Source: Eledone cirrhosa
Lineage: Eukaryota
Length of the DNA stretch: 64,000 nucleotides
NCBI GenBank assembly: GCA_964016885.1
Contig: OZ024745.1
Coordinates: 86,242,001-86,306,000 of the forward strand
Direction of reading: 5' to 3'
Translations under genes and position numbers: made by a program
Notes under the pieces: generated by a model
Seen by the model: the letters and a program-made list of their open reading frames with translations, nothing else
Told to the model about the DNA's origin: nothing
The model's database searches: none
Part shown: positions 27,401 through 40,898 of the stretch, one piece after another
Layout: the number at the start of each line of letters is the position of its first letter
Numbering within the stretch: the stretch's first letter is position 1

Positions 27401-30400
27401 TGTATGTGTGTGTAAAAGGAAGGAAGGAAGGTAGGGCGGCGAGTGAAAAAACTATAGTGACTGGCGTTCCATTTCTTATGCTGTGTGTTTGTGTGAATGT
27501 ATGTCTGAGTGTGTATTTGTGTGTCTGTGTTTGCATGTTTATATTTATATACTGATACATATAAATGTATGCACGCACACACATATACACATATGCGTCA
27601 GCATGTTGAAAAAAAATCTTAGTTTTAGATAATTTTGGAATTAGGAAATCTGTATACTCTATTACACTATTACGTGTTCCAGCCAACAGGCTGAGGCCAT
27701 GCTGGGGCACCACCATTGATGCTACACTTTCTATAGCCAGCCTTCCCTGGTTGACCATTGATGCAAAAGGGAGTTTGTTGCAGCTCTTATTTGACCTTCG
27801 CCTCGTGCTGTGGGTTCATCCGGGATCTTGGTCAGTAGAATGTGAAATGTCTCTTGAAAATATCTATATGTACACCATGTACATCTCTAAAATTTTTAGC
27901 AGCTTATTTATTCTTTCTGCAGTCACTTTCATAAAAAAAAAAGATATCTATGGTTTCTTTAGCAGTCAACTACAAACATTCTCAGTGTCTAGGGTTATAA
28001 AAATTGAGCTTTGTTTTAGTAGTAGCAAAAAATAAAATGCGAGTTTATTTATGCTGTCAGATCCACATCATAAAGTGGTCATCTTGGAGCCATGACAATA
28101 AGCACCCAGTCCACACTGTAAAGTGGTCATGTAGATGACACGACAAAAAGCATGCGTGGACATGGAAGAAAAAAGGGTATTACACAGGAGGAAGTTTTCT
28201 GAAATAAAAATGTATACAAAGTATTTGGTGTGGAGTTCAAAGAATGTCAGATTTAATGAGCTAATTATTCAGGCTTAGGTCAGCCATATGATCAAAGGTA
28301 TTTCAGATTTGGCCATGACTATCCTGTTGCTATTTTAGGGCATTACATACCTAAAACTATATTATCCAATGTGTCCCGCCCTTTTTAACAAAACAATAGG
28401 GTGTAATTTGATAAAGAATTGTCTGCTATTTCTAACAGATCAAACCACCAGATGCATGTTCTCTGGGTAGTGTTGCTGATATATTATAAAGAGTTGTCCA
28501 TTGTAATATTGTGTTTGCTATTAAATAGATCTGCAATACAACACAGTTCATCTCCATGTGCTTCAGATGTGTCACTGGAATACCAATTAGAAATAATATA
28601 ATAATGAAAATCATTGTGTACAGGGCTCAGGTGCTCTACAACTCATGAAAGGTGCATGTATTGTACATAGAGTAATGTACAAATGTCAGGAAAGTGAACA
28701 GTGTATGAGTCGTGATATAGACATAGACACATGCATACACATGTATGCATTTGTATGGGGAGGGAATATCAGGTGTAGTGTTGGTGAATTTCAAGAAGCA
28801 TTGAAGTTTTGAAGGATGCAGTGTCCCGACACCTAACAACTGATGCAGGTAGTTTGTGCCATGTATCAACTCTGAGCATGAAAAAATGTTTCCGAAAGTA
28901 TTGGGAGCAGTACTGTTTTCTGATTTTGTAAGCATGTCCATGGGTGTTAGACATATGGAATTCAAAAAGTTGCTCAGGGTTGTTGTTGGAAAGATGGTTA
29001 ATAAACTTGTGGGTGTCTACCAAATAAGTTGCTAGACGTCAGAGCTTTAATGAATCCATGCCCAGGGAAGTAAGACATAGTGTTGTTTGTTAAATGTTCT
29101 AGAAATTGGTAACTGAAGCAAAATTTCTAATTTCTAATTTTTAATTTTTAGCCTCAAAACAGCATGCCTGATGTCATCATTTGGATGATCAGTGGAGAGA
29201 AAAGGATTGCTTATTACAGAATTCCTGCTAATGAATTACTTTATTCAGACAACCCTAATTACATTGGTCGTCAGTGTGGTAAAGTACAATCCATCCAAAT
29301 GAAAGTAAGTTAAAGAATGCCTGGAAACTTCAAAATTTAGTAAATTTTCTTAATTTAGTAATTAACAATCTTCTAATCGATTTTTTTTTCTTTTTTTCTT
29401 TTTTTTTTGTTAATTTTGAGAATCAATTCTACTGTTTAATTTGAAGAAGTTTAGTCAGAATTTTTTTGTGTAAAATAATTACTAATTTTGTTATCTGAAA
29501 TTATAATTAAAAAGAAATAACAGCTTGCTTGGTAATTTAATATTTGCTTTTTTAATATTTGCTCTTCGGGTTTTGGGGAACCCCTCATACACAAAAAATT
29601 AGAATACACAACAAAGATCCCAATTTTACATATCAAAGTTAGCTTGGCGTAAGGAATTGAAATTGAAAAGTTATACATACAGGTATTAAATTCAAAAATT
29701 TTAACCATCCTAAACTAAAAAGCTCAGCTGAGGGCACAAATGAATTGCTATGGCTGTTGCTAGTGATCCCCCTCCCCCATTGCTGGGGGCTCAGGGCAGT
29801 TACCCCCTTTGCCTCATTATATCCGGCCCTGAATGAAATACTATGTACTTCATTAGGAATATGGTAGCAAAGGGGTTAAAGGGAAATCTATTGTTTATTA
29901 TTTTTACGTTTTTTTTTTTTTCTTTCTTAGTATCCTGGACTGAAAGCACAGAAAGAAAAATCTGATATACCTGCTTTAGTTCGTGTGAAACTGTGGTTAG
30001 GTCTTGCAAAACAGGAAGAACAGTGGCATAATATTCAAACTGAAGGTGAACTTGCTGTTTTTGCTGAAACTGTAAGTTTGTTTTTTTTATCTATATTTAA
30101 ATTTCTGTAATTCTGTCGCAATACGTAAAGAGAGGGGAGTAGTTTGACTACCTCATACTGCTCCTCTCTTTTTATGTCTGCTGCCTGCGTGAATGTATGT
30201 GTGTAAAAGGAAGGAAAGGGGTGGTGAAACAACTATAGCAAAATAGTGGCTGGCATTCCATTTGTTAAGCTGTGTATGTGTTTGTGTGAATGTATGTCTG
30301 AGTGTGTATTTTTGTAAGTGTGTCTCTGTTTGTACATTTATATTTATATGCTCTTACATATAAATATATGCATATGGATATACACATATATGTCTGTGTG

Positions 30401-31661
30401 TTGAAAAAAATTGGCAGTATTGGTAGAGAGTCAGACATGCTTTCCAGCGTAGTTACGTCCCTTTACGATTTGAGTTCAAATCCCGCCAAGGTTAACTTTG
30501 CCTTTCATCCTTACAGGGTCGATAAAATAAAGTACCAGTAATACACTGGGTAATTGCTGGCCTTGTGCCAAAAGTAGAAACAATTATTAAATATTCAATG
30601 ATGTTGACAAGGTCATTTTAATACATTGTTTTACTAATTACACAAAATCAGTTCTGTGTGAGCATAACATGCTCCTTCGACCTGGCTTGTCTATAAACAG
30701 GAGAGCTCGTCTAACCCATGCTAGAGTGGAAAATGGCTGTTAAACGATGATGATAATCACATGGGTTTTGTCAATCATATCAACCCCAGGTTTTTGTCTG
30801 GTACTTATTTTAGCAATCTTACAAGGGGCATATGACTAAGTTTAGGGACATAATTTGGGCAGAACTAAATACAAGATTTGTACTAATTTTGTTTGACCAT
30901 CCCTTGCGCACATACATGTGCGTGCTGAACTAGCTTCTGCATTGTTGCTATCAAAAACGTTTTTTTTTTTTTTAATTAAATATGGTCGCAGTCTAATGGA
31001 TGAAATCAGTAAAAGAATAAAGTGTTATGACTGAATTTCTGAGGAAGGTTTACCATGTAGTTAGAGGTCAAAATTAGTTTATATACACTGGGTAATTGCT
31101 GGCCTTGTGCCAAAAGTAGAAACAATTATATACATAGGGAGCTCATAGATAGGACAACACACTGTTTTTCGTGGGGGTAAGTTTTTATTAATTTTCGTAT
31201 TTTGAAAGACCAAAATACAACAAAATTTTTGCTCATTGGACTCCGGGGGAATGTTCTGACAAAAGCTGTGGAAGCTACAGAAATATTCCATATATTTTTC
31301 CAGAGCAATCTCTATTTAAAAATTTTACATTTTACGCTTACTTGCCCACATTGCAAAATGGCCATAAATTCAAATTTTGAAAAGAGAAGGAAAGGGACAA
31401 GTGAACTATGAACTTGATGCATCTCACTGCCCCCTGCCACAACAATGTCTACACTCGCTCCCCACCACTACACTAAGATGTCTAACCTGTTGACAAACTC
31501 CTAACTCATTTGTTGAATGTGAGTGCGTGTATATATATATGTATGTGTGTGTATACATATATATATATCTCAGTCGATGTGACCAGATTTCAACACAGCA
31601 ACTACAACAACATATATATGTCGATGCAACAGCACCATTGTCTGTGTTGAATGTGTGTGTG

Positions 31662-31702
<41 letters not shown>

Positions 31703-34700
31703 ATATATCACACACGCGAAGCGAACAAATTTCAAAATTTCAACCCAGCGACTACAACAACAGCAACAGCACCATTGTCTGCAGCATCAGTGAAATGAAC
31801 AACAACAATGGCAACAGCAACGACGACGACAACTGCCACCACCTTCACTGACACTATCCACCACCTTCACCACTACCACCGCCATCACTGGCACCATCCA
31901 GCACCATCCATCACCATCCACCACCTTCATCACCATCCACCACCACCATCACCATCCACCACCACCATCACCATCCACCACCTTCACCACCATCACCAGC
32001 GATCAGGCCTTAAAAACAACTATAATAATAATACTAAATAACTATTCTGTTCTTGGCACGGGGCAGCGATTGTCCCAGTGCATTGCTGGTGCCTTTTTTT
32101 GTGTGTGTGTGGGGGGGGGGGAGCCGTTGCTCTTTGCTGTAAAGCAAACAAACAATTATTATTATTATATAAAACGGTGGATTGGCAGTATCGGTAAGAG
32201 TCGGACGCCATGCTTTTCAGCATAGTTACGTCCTTTTGCGGTCTGAGTTCAAATCCCGCCGAGGTTAACTTTGCCTTTCATCCTTACGGGGTCGATAAAA
32301 TAAAGTACCAGTAATGTACTGGGTAATTGATGACCTTGTGCCAAAAGTAGAAACAATTATTATTATATAAAAACTGAACTGGAAAAGTCAAGTTGACATG
32401 ATTTTAATTTTGTATCAGTACTGACGGTAATATATATATATGTGTGTGAGTGGTGTGTGTGTTTGTATGCATGAGTGTTGGTGTGTGAGTGGTGTGTGTG
32501 TGCGCGTGTGTGCCGTGAGTGTCAATAAGTGGTTTTTTTTTTTGGTTTTTTTTATGACCATGCTGTAAAATGGAGAGGTAGAGAGGGCCCATGAGTCCAG
32601 TAAGACATCCTCTCTAGTGCTGGTGGCACAAATAAAAGCACCAAGTCCATACTATAAAGTGGCGCTGGTGTTAGGAAGGGCATCCAACCAGTGTATCAAT
32701 GCCAAAACGATTATAAGCACAGCAACAATTATATAGGAACAACAAAATATGAAGACGTCGCATCTCAGAGTTGCAATACTTAATGTTGGCACTCTGAGGT
32801 AGATCTGCTGAAATAGCGGAGTTGCTGGAGAGAAGGCATGTGGATGTGTACTGCGTGCAAGAGGTGAGATGGAGAGGTGCCTCTGCGAGATTAGTCGCAG
32901 GCAAACATCTTAGCTATAAGCTTTTCTGGGTAGGTAAGGATGATGGGTTAGGGGGAGTAGGCATTTCCCTGGCTGAGAGATGGATCAATAAGACAATAGA
33001 GGTAGTTCGAGTTAGTAATCGAAGCTCCCCAAGCAGGCCTAGGCAAAGAAGAGAAAGACTGCTTTTACGAGCAACTTTTACAAACAACCGCAATGACAGA
33101 GGACGGAAACATCATTATGCTAGCAGGGGACTTCAATGGTCATGTTGGACAGCTCCAGGATGGTTACACTGGGGTACATGGTGGGCACGGTTACGGCTCA
33201 AGAAATGAAGGGAGTGAGGCTTCTTGAATTTTGTGATGCAAGTACACTGACTATTTGCAACACTAACTTCCAGAAACCTGCCAACCACCTAATAACCTAC
33301 AAATCAGGCGAGCACATAAGCCAGATTGACTTCTTACTAGTTAGGCAGCGGTACAGGCAGATGGTGTCTAATACCAAGGCATACGCTGGGGAAGAATGTA
33401 CCCCACAGCATAGGTTAGTCGTTAGTGATATCTCAGTAAGCAAGAGATGGAATGAGGTATACAGGAAGGTGTGGAGAAGAAAGGTCTGGAAGCTAAAAGA
33501 CCTTTCACTAAAATACACATTTAGGAAAGCCCTTCAAGATGTGTATGACGAAAAAGAAGATGATTTAGAGACGTATGACAGATAATAACTGGAATTTCTT
33601 ACGTGACAACTTACTGCAGGCTACTGATGAAACTTGTGGGTGGAGCAGAGCTCCAACCAGACAGAGAGTTTCCTGGTGGTGGAACAGCACAGTAGATAAG
33701 GCCATTAGAGACAAAATACTAGCATGGAAGGCTTGGAAAAAGGGAGAGAGGATAGAAGGATATACAGCCGCTAAGAGAGAAGCTAGACGTCAGGTGTACT
33801 TAGCACGCAGGGAGGCTGAGAGTAGGAGGTTTGCCAATGTTCTGCGACGGGAAGATCAGAGGTGTGTGGTTTTCCACATTGCAAGGCAGTGTGTCAATAC
33901 AAATCAGAATGTTGTAGATAAATGTGTCCGGAATGATGCCGGTGTACTTAGTGTCACGAATGATGAGAAAAAGGACGCCTGGAAATGTCATTATGAGAGA
34001 AATTACCCTCAGTAGATCCGACAGAGGGACCAGCTATTGAGATTGACGAATATAGGGTCCAAGAGGTGATTAAAGAAATGAAACATGGTAAGGCTGCTGG
34101 ACCATTGGGGATAATTGCTGAGATGATGAAGGCATCAGAGGATGTAGGCACTAAACTGGTTGCACGCATCATCAATCAGGCTATATATGGTGGTGTCATA
34201 CCCAAAGACTGGTGCAGCAGTATTCTCATAAATTGCTACAAAGGTAAAGGGGATGCTCTGGAGAGGAGCAATTATAGGGGTATAAAACTGATGGATCAGG
34301 TTATGAAAGTGGCAGAAAGGATATTAGCACAACTAATTAGAGAAAGGGTCAAACTAGATGAGATGCAGTTTGGTTTTGTGCCTGGGAAGAGTACAACAGA
34401 TGCCCTCTTCTTGGTGAGACAATTACAAGAGAGGTTCTTAGAGAAAAATAAGCCACTATACTTAGCCTTTGTTAACCTAGAGAAGGCCTTTGATAAGGTA
34501 CTCCGATCTGTCATCTGGTGGTCCCTAAGGAAACTAGGTGTTGAGGAACGGCTTGTGAGGACAGTGCAAACTTTGTACAGAGGTACTGTCAGTAAAGTCA
34601 GGGTAGGAATGGAGTTTAGTGAGGAATTCCAGATACAAGTAGGAGTACATCAGGGTTCGGTCCTCAGCCCGCTCTTGTTCATTATAATCCTCCAAGCCAT

Positions 34701-36908
34701 AACAGAGGAGTTTAAGACTGGCTGTCCATGGGAACTTCTCTATGCTGACGATCTGGTTCTAGCTCCTCTACTGATTCTGCTATAAAGCAGAATCAGTAGA
34801 GGAGCTAGATAATAAATTCTGGCTATGGAAACAGAAGTTGGAAGCAAGAAGACTGAGAGTGAACCTAACTAAGACAAAATGTTGATGAGTAGAAAAGAGG
34901 ACAAAACTCTGATTCCATCAGGGAAATGGCCATCTTCGATATGCAGAAAAGGAACTGGCATAAAGTCTATAAAATGCAGATCCTGGGTACACAAGAGATG
35001 TAGTGGGTTAGCAGGCAAACTAACAGGTAGGGAGAAATACTTATGCAGTAGATGTACAGGGAAATTAGACATTAGAAGTCGCATTGATAGACACATTTTT
35101 CAAATGCAGGTGGGTGCTATAGAAGTGGTTGCTAGCTTCCGGTACCTAGGAGATCAGATTAGCATGAGAGGGGGGTGTTCCGAGGCCATAGTATCTATAA
35201 TAAGGACGGGTTGGAAGAAGTTTAGGAAGCTGCTTCCTCTGCTGACGGAGGGTTTTTCCCTGCATACGAAAGGCCGGCTATATGATGCCTGTGTGAGCAT
35301 CACGATGCTGCATGGTAGTGAGACATGGGCAGCAACTGCAGAGGATATGCGACGGCTGGAGAGAAATGAGGCAAGCATGCTCCGTTGGATGTGCAATGTC
35401 AATGTGCGTGAACGACCCAACATGAATGTGATGAGATAGAAACTGTGTCTGAGAGGGATAGAATGTAGTGTGCCGGAGAGGAGACTGAGGTGGTATGGAC
35501 ATGTGATGCGCATAGAGGATGACCGATGGGTGAAGGAAAGTGCCAGGAAATGCCAGTTGAAGGAAGACGTGGTAGAGGTAGACCACGAAAAACATGGGCG
35601 GAGGGGATGAGAACAGACCTCAGATCGCTGAAACTCACAGTGGAGATGACGAAGGACCGTGACAAGTGGAGAGATGCTGTGCTGAATAAGACCCGTCCCA
35701 CCCTTGCAAGCAGGGAAAAGCGGACGTAAAATGATGATGATGATGATTGGTGGATTGGCAGTATCGGTAGATCTGACGCCATGCTTTGACGCATAGTTAC
35801 GGTCTTTGCCATTCTGAGTTAAAATACAAAATAAAGTACCAGTAATGCACTGGATAATTGCTGGCCTTGTGCCAATAGTAGAAACAATTATTATTATCGG
35901 CCCCGTAAGGATGAAAGGCAAAGTTAACCTCGGCGGGATTTGAACTCAGACCCTTTATGGTCTGAGTTCAAATCCCGCCGAGGTTAACTTTGCCTTTTAT
36001 TCTTACGGGGTCGATAAAATAAAGTACCAGTAATGCACTGGAATAATTGCTGGCCTTGTGCCAATAGTAGAAACAATTATTATTGGAATGGCAGTATCGG
36101 TAGAGTGTCGGACAATATGCTTCACAGTATTTGTTCCGGACGTTACTTTGAGTTCAATTCTCGCTGAGGTTAGCTTTGCCTTTCATCCTTATGGTCGATA
36201 AAATAAAGTACTAGTAATGCACTTGGGTCGATTTAATCGACTTCCCACCCCCTCCCAAATTGCTGGCCTTGTACCTATAATAGAAATCGTTATTAAATAT
36301 TTTGTGAAATTTTTTTTTTTTCTCAGTATGAAAACCAAGTCAATATTCTTGGGTCCTGGACTGATAAAAGTCCAACCATGACCAGACCAAAATTTTCAGA
36401 TATTCAAGGAAAGGTAAGTTATTTTAGTTATTATCTAACCCCTAGTAAAACCTGTTTTGGAAAAAGTATTAAGGCATTGCTTCCATGACCCTTTCTTTTT
36501 TTTTTTTGCCATGGTGTACCCTAGACTTCATATCCAATACTGATATCCTATATAAAGATATTACTGTTAGTAATAGCATCATAACCTTGGAAAATACTCA
36601 CTCATATATCTCTTTTTGTATGTTTCTGAAAGTCTGATGTATATTCTATGTAATATACATGCACCTGTGATGAGTTGTAGTGCACCTGAGCACTGTACAC
36701 AATTATTTCATTATTATTATTATGGTGGTGGATTGGCAGTATCGGTAGATGGTCGGACACCATGCTTTGACGCATAGTTACGGCCCTTGCCATTCTGAGT
36801 TCAAATCCCGCCGAGGTTAACTTTGCCTTTCATCCTTACGGGGTCGATAAAATAAAGTACCAGTAATGCACTGGGATAATTGCTGGCCTTGTGCCAGAAG
36901 TAGAAACA

Positions 36909-36946
<38 letters not shown>

Positions 36947-39900
36947 TGTTAATAATAGCATCATACTCATATATAACTCTTTTTGTATGTTTCTGAAAGT
37001 CTGATTGATATCCTATATAACGATATTACTGTTAGTAATAGCATCTAGTCTTAGAAACTACTTATACATACCAGTGTCTTTGGCCCACTTCTCTGCTCAT
37101 CACCATTGGCACAGAGTTGGCTACCCGCAGGTGTGAGCCTTGCGAGCAGGAATGGCTCTTCCAGTGTGTTTCCTTCACCATCCTCCGGGGAAATGCCTTC
37201 TCTATTCTGTCTGCTAGGGCTGTGGAGCAGCCAGCGCATGAGCCCCCATTTGCTCACTATGGAGAGAACTGAGAGAGATGGTGGCAGTGGGAGTTTGGTT
37301 CTTTTGTGTTTGGACCTGCTGTATGTGTATATAAGAGAGAATGAGTATCTATTTACAATCAATGATAAATAAAAATGAATTTAAAGACAACACAACAAAA
37401 TAACCAAACAGAAAATTAACTCATATATACCTCTTTTTTCATTTTTCTGAAGTCTGAAACACTTTATGATCAGTAGTTAGTTTTAATGCAATGTCTTAAA
37501 TGAAATTGCTTACTACAGTGATAAAATGCCAATTTGAGATAGGTGACAGTCTCTGTTGATTCGGTTCATTTAGTACCTATTCTTGTATTGGTATTTAACA
37601 GAAGTGGGACATAGAATTTAAATAATAATGAAAATATTGTGTACAGTGGTCAGGTTCACTACAACTCATCAAAAGCGTATGTATAGTACATAGGGTAATG
37701 TACAAACGTCAGGAAAATGAACAGTGCATGTGTATGGAAGGAGGACATCAGGTGTAGTTTTGGCGAATTTCGGGAAGCATGAGGGTTTTAAAGGATGCAG
37801 TGTCTCGGCAGCTAACAACTGACGCAGGCAGTTTGTTCCATGCTTCAGCAACTCTAAGCATGAAAAAATGTTTCCAAAAGTCATGGGAGCTGTGCTGTTT
37901 TCTGACTTTGTGGGCATGCTCACGTGTGTTAGACATATGGAGATCAAAAAGGTGCTCAGGGTTGTTGTTGGCGAGATGGCTAATAACTTTGTGGGTGTTT
38001 ACCAAGTCCATTGCCAGACGTCGGAGCTTCAATGAATCCATGCCCAGGGAAGAAAAGGCGTTCAGAGTATGGTATATGTCTGATGGAGGGTATGCACTTG
38101 GTTGCACGTCTCTGAACAGTTTCCAGGATCAAAATTAGTATCTTATGAGATATTGCAATACTTGTAGCAAATTTAAACTTACGACTTTCATTACAATATT
38201 TCTAATGAAAACCAAAGCCTATGATTTCCAAATAATTTTGAAAATAATCAAGAATTTGGAGAGATTTTATAATATAAACTGCCTCATTATCAAGCTGGTG
38301 TTTAGAGCATAACTTAACAAAGAAAGGTAGTTAGATAAAATTATAATTGTTTCTACTTTTGGCACAAAGCCAGCAATTATCCCAGAGTATTACTGGTACT
38401 TTATTTTATCAACCCCGTAAGGATGAAAGGCAAAGTTAACCTCGGCGGGATTTGAACTCAGATCATAAAGGGCCGTAACTCTTTGCTGCAAAGCATGGCG
38501 TCAGACCCTCTACCGATACTGCCAATCCATCGCCATAGATAAAATTATAATGAAAGGTTTGTAGATAAATATAAACAATTTGAAACAAAGAGTTTGTACC
38601 ATAGAACTAGGGGTAGTTTCAGGTGGTCTCATATCAAAAGCTTTATGGAATATGGACTTGTTAATATCATATTAACTATTGATGACTACATTTTTGTTTC
38701 AGTATTTTACTGGGTATGAAAGATAAATAATAAATCCTCAGAAAAAATAACTTGAAGTAAATTCAAATAAGCAAAATTGCTTAATTCTTTAGTTGCCAAT
38801 CCAGCCAAATCCAGCTCTGGTTCTATGAAACAAAACCACCCATTTTAAAGGTTTCCAATTTAAATTTAAATCTTCCAACATAATTTTATATAAGAACTTT
38901 ACATTAAGTAACTATCTTAGTAATGAAATAATTAATAATTTTAGTAAATCCCTCACAATTCTTCACTAATTAATTAACATAGTGTATTTCATTAGAAATG
39001 CAGTCATGAAAGGGTTAAGGCATTGGTAATTACAAATAAGATATGATCTGTTTTGTTTTAGTTAAAACTGAAGAAGGAATATTTCACTCCTCCAAATGGT
39101 TGGCAGTGGGAGGGTGACTGGTACATTAGTCAGGAACTCAGGTAAGTCACTTTTTTTCTTTCTCTCTCTTTATTTCTCTAAAAAGGAGAATTTAGATTTT
39201 TACAATACTTATGACATGAATATATATACAGTTGTCCCCAGGTAGTCGCGGGGAGCACCCGCGAAGAGTGAAAAACTGCGAATATTCGACATGGTCCATA
39301 AAAATGCTTATAAACATTAAAATATAACGTCTTATACAAAGAGCCATCCAATAGGCTGGCAAATATGATATATTGTTATTAATTTAGCATTAAAAATACA
39401 TATATTACCACGAAAAAAAGCCAAGAGATAAATTGTGGAAGATTCCGCGAATATGCTGTAGTTTCCACAAACAATTATTAGTTAGGTTTTCTAAGGAAAA
39501 TCCTGCGAATAACCGGGGGTATACTGTATTTCATAAAATGTTGGTAATTTAATCCAGCTTTCAATCATCATCACCGTTTTACGTCCATTCTTCCACACTA
39601 GCATGGGTTAGACGGGTTGTCCTGTTGTAGGCAGTGTCCGGTCGGCTGACCTTGTCTTGCTCATACGGGAACTGATTCTGGCTTGATTTCTACAGCTGGA
39701 TGCCCTTCCTAACACCAATCTCATTTACAGTGAGTGCTGGGTGCATTTTTTCCGTGGCGCCTACACGTCCACTTTACAGTGTGGGCTGGGTGCTTTTTTG
39801 CCGTGGCACCTCCACGACCACTTTGCAGTGGGAGGGTGTGGGGGCATATTGTCTATATGCTTCAGCTTCGGCTTTTACCTGTGGGGGGTCGGGTCTTCTG

Positions 39901-40866
39901 TATTACTGCGTGACGCCAGAGGTCACGGTCGTGTGTCATTGCCTTTGAGAGGTGTAATTGGGTAAGGTCAGCTTTTATCACCTCATCCCAGGTCTTCTTG
40001 GGTCTCCCCACTCTGCGGTTTCCATCGATTTCTAGTGCTCTGCACCTTTTTATGCAACTGTCATCCTTCATACACATCACATGTCCATACCAACGCAACC
40101 GCCTCTCCTGCACACAGCATTTGATTCCTCTTATGCTCAGTCTCTCTCTCAATTCATTTATGCTTTGCCGTTCGCGTATATTACTATTACATATCCATCG
40201 GAGCATGCAGGCTTCGTTTCTCTCTAATCTACACATGTCTTCCACAGACAGCGCCCAGGTCTCACTACCATGTAACATTGCTGTTCGTATACACGCATCA
40301 TACAGTCTGCCTTTCATTTTGAGGGAAATGATTTTGCAGCTAGCAGTGGCAGTAGCTCCCTAAACTTCTTCCATCCCGTTCTTACCCTAGTTATTGTACT
40401 TTCTGAACACCCACCTCCGCTGCTAATTCGGTCACCTAGGTAGCAGAAGCTGTCTACTGTTTCTACAGAGCCCTCCCAGAGATTGGTGGTACTTGTTTCC
40501 TGTGGTTGTTGCTGCTTGCTGTCCCAGCACAGCTACTACATGTGAAGCCTACATTCTTAGTTAAGCTTCCTGAGATCCCGCTACATCTCTTGTGTACCCA
40601 TTGTTTGCATTTGGGGCAGAGAATGGAGTTCCTACCTACACCTTTCCTACATACTGAGCAAGGCCGTTTCCCTGAGGGGATCTGGGTTCTGTTTTCTCGT
40701 CTACTTACAAGGATCTTAGTTTTTGTCAGGTTGACCCTTTCTTTCTGGGACCCTTTCTTTCTAGTCCCTGCTTCCAAGTTTGGAATTTCTTTAGTTCTAC
40801 CATAGATTCAGCTATAAGTGCGAGGTCATCTGCATACAGGAGTTCCCATGAGCATTTCAATATTAT

Positions 40867-40898
<32 letters not shown>

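Noticed and set aside
31808-32041. His/Thr/Pro-rich ORF
   Set aside because: Translation of a (CAC/CAT) microsatellite; no splice context or homology.
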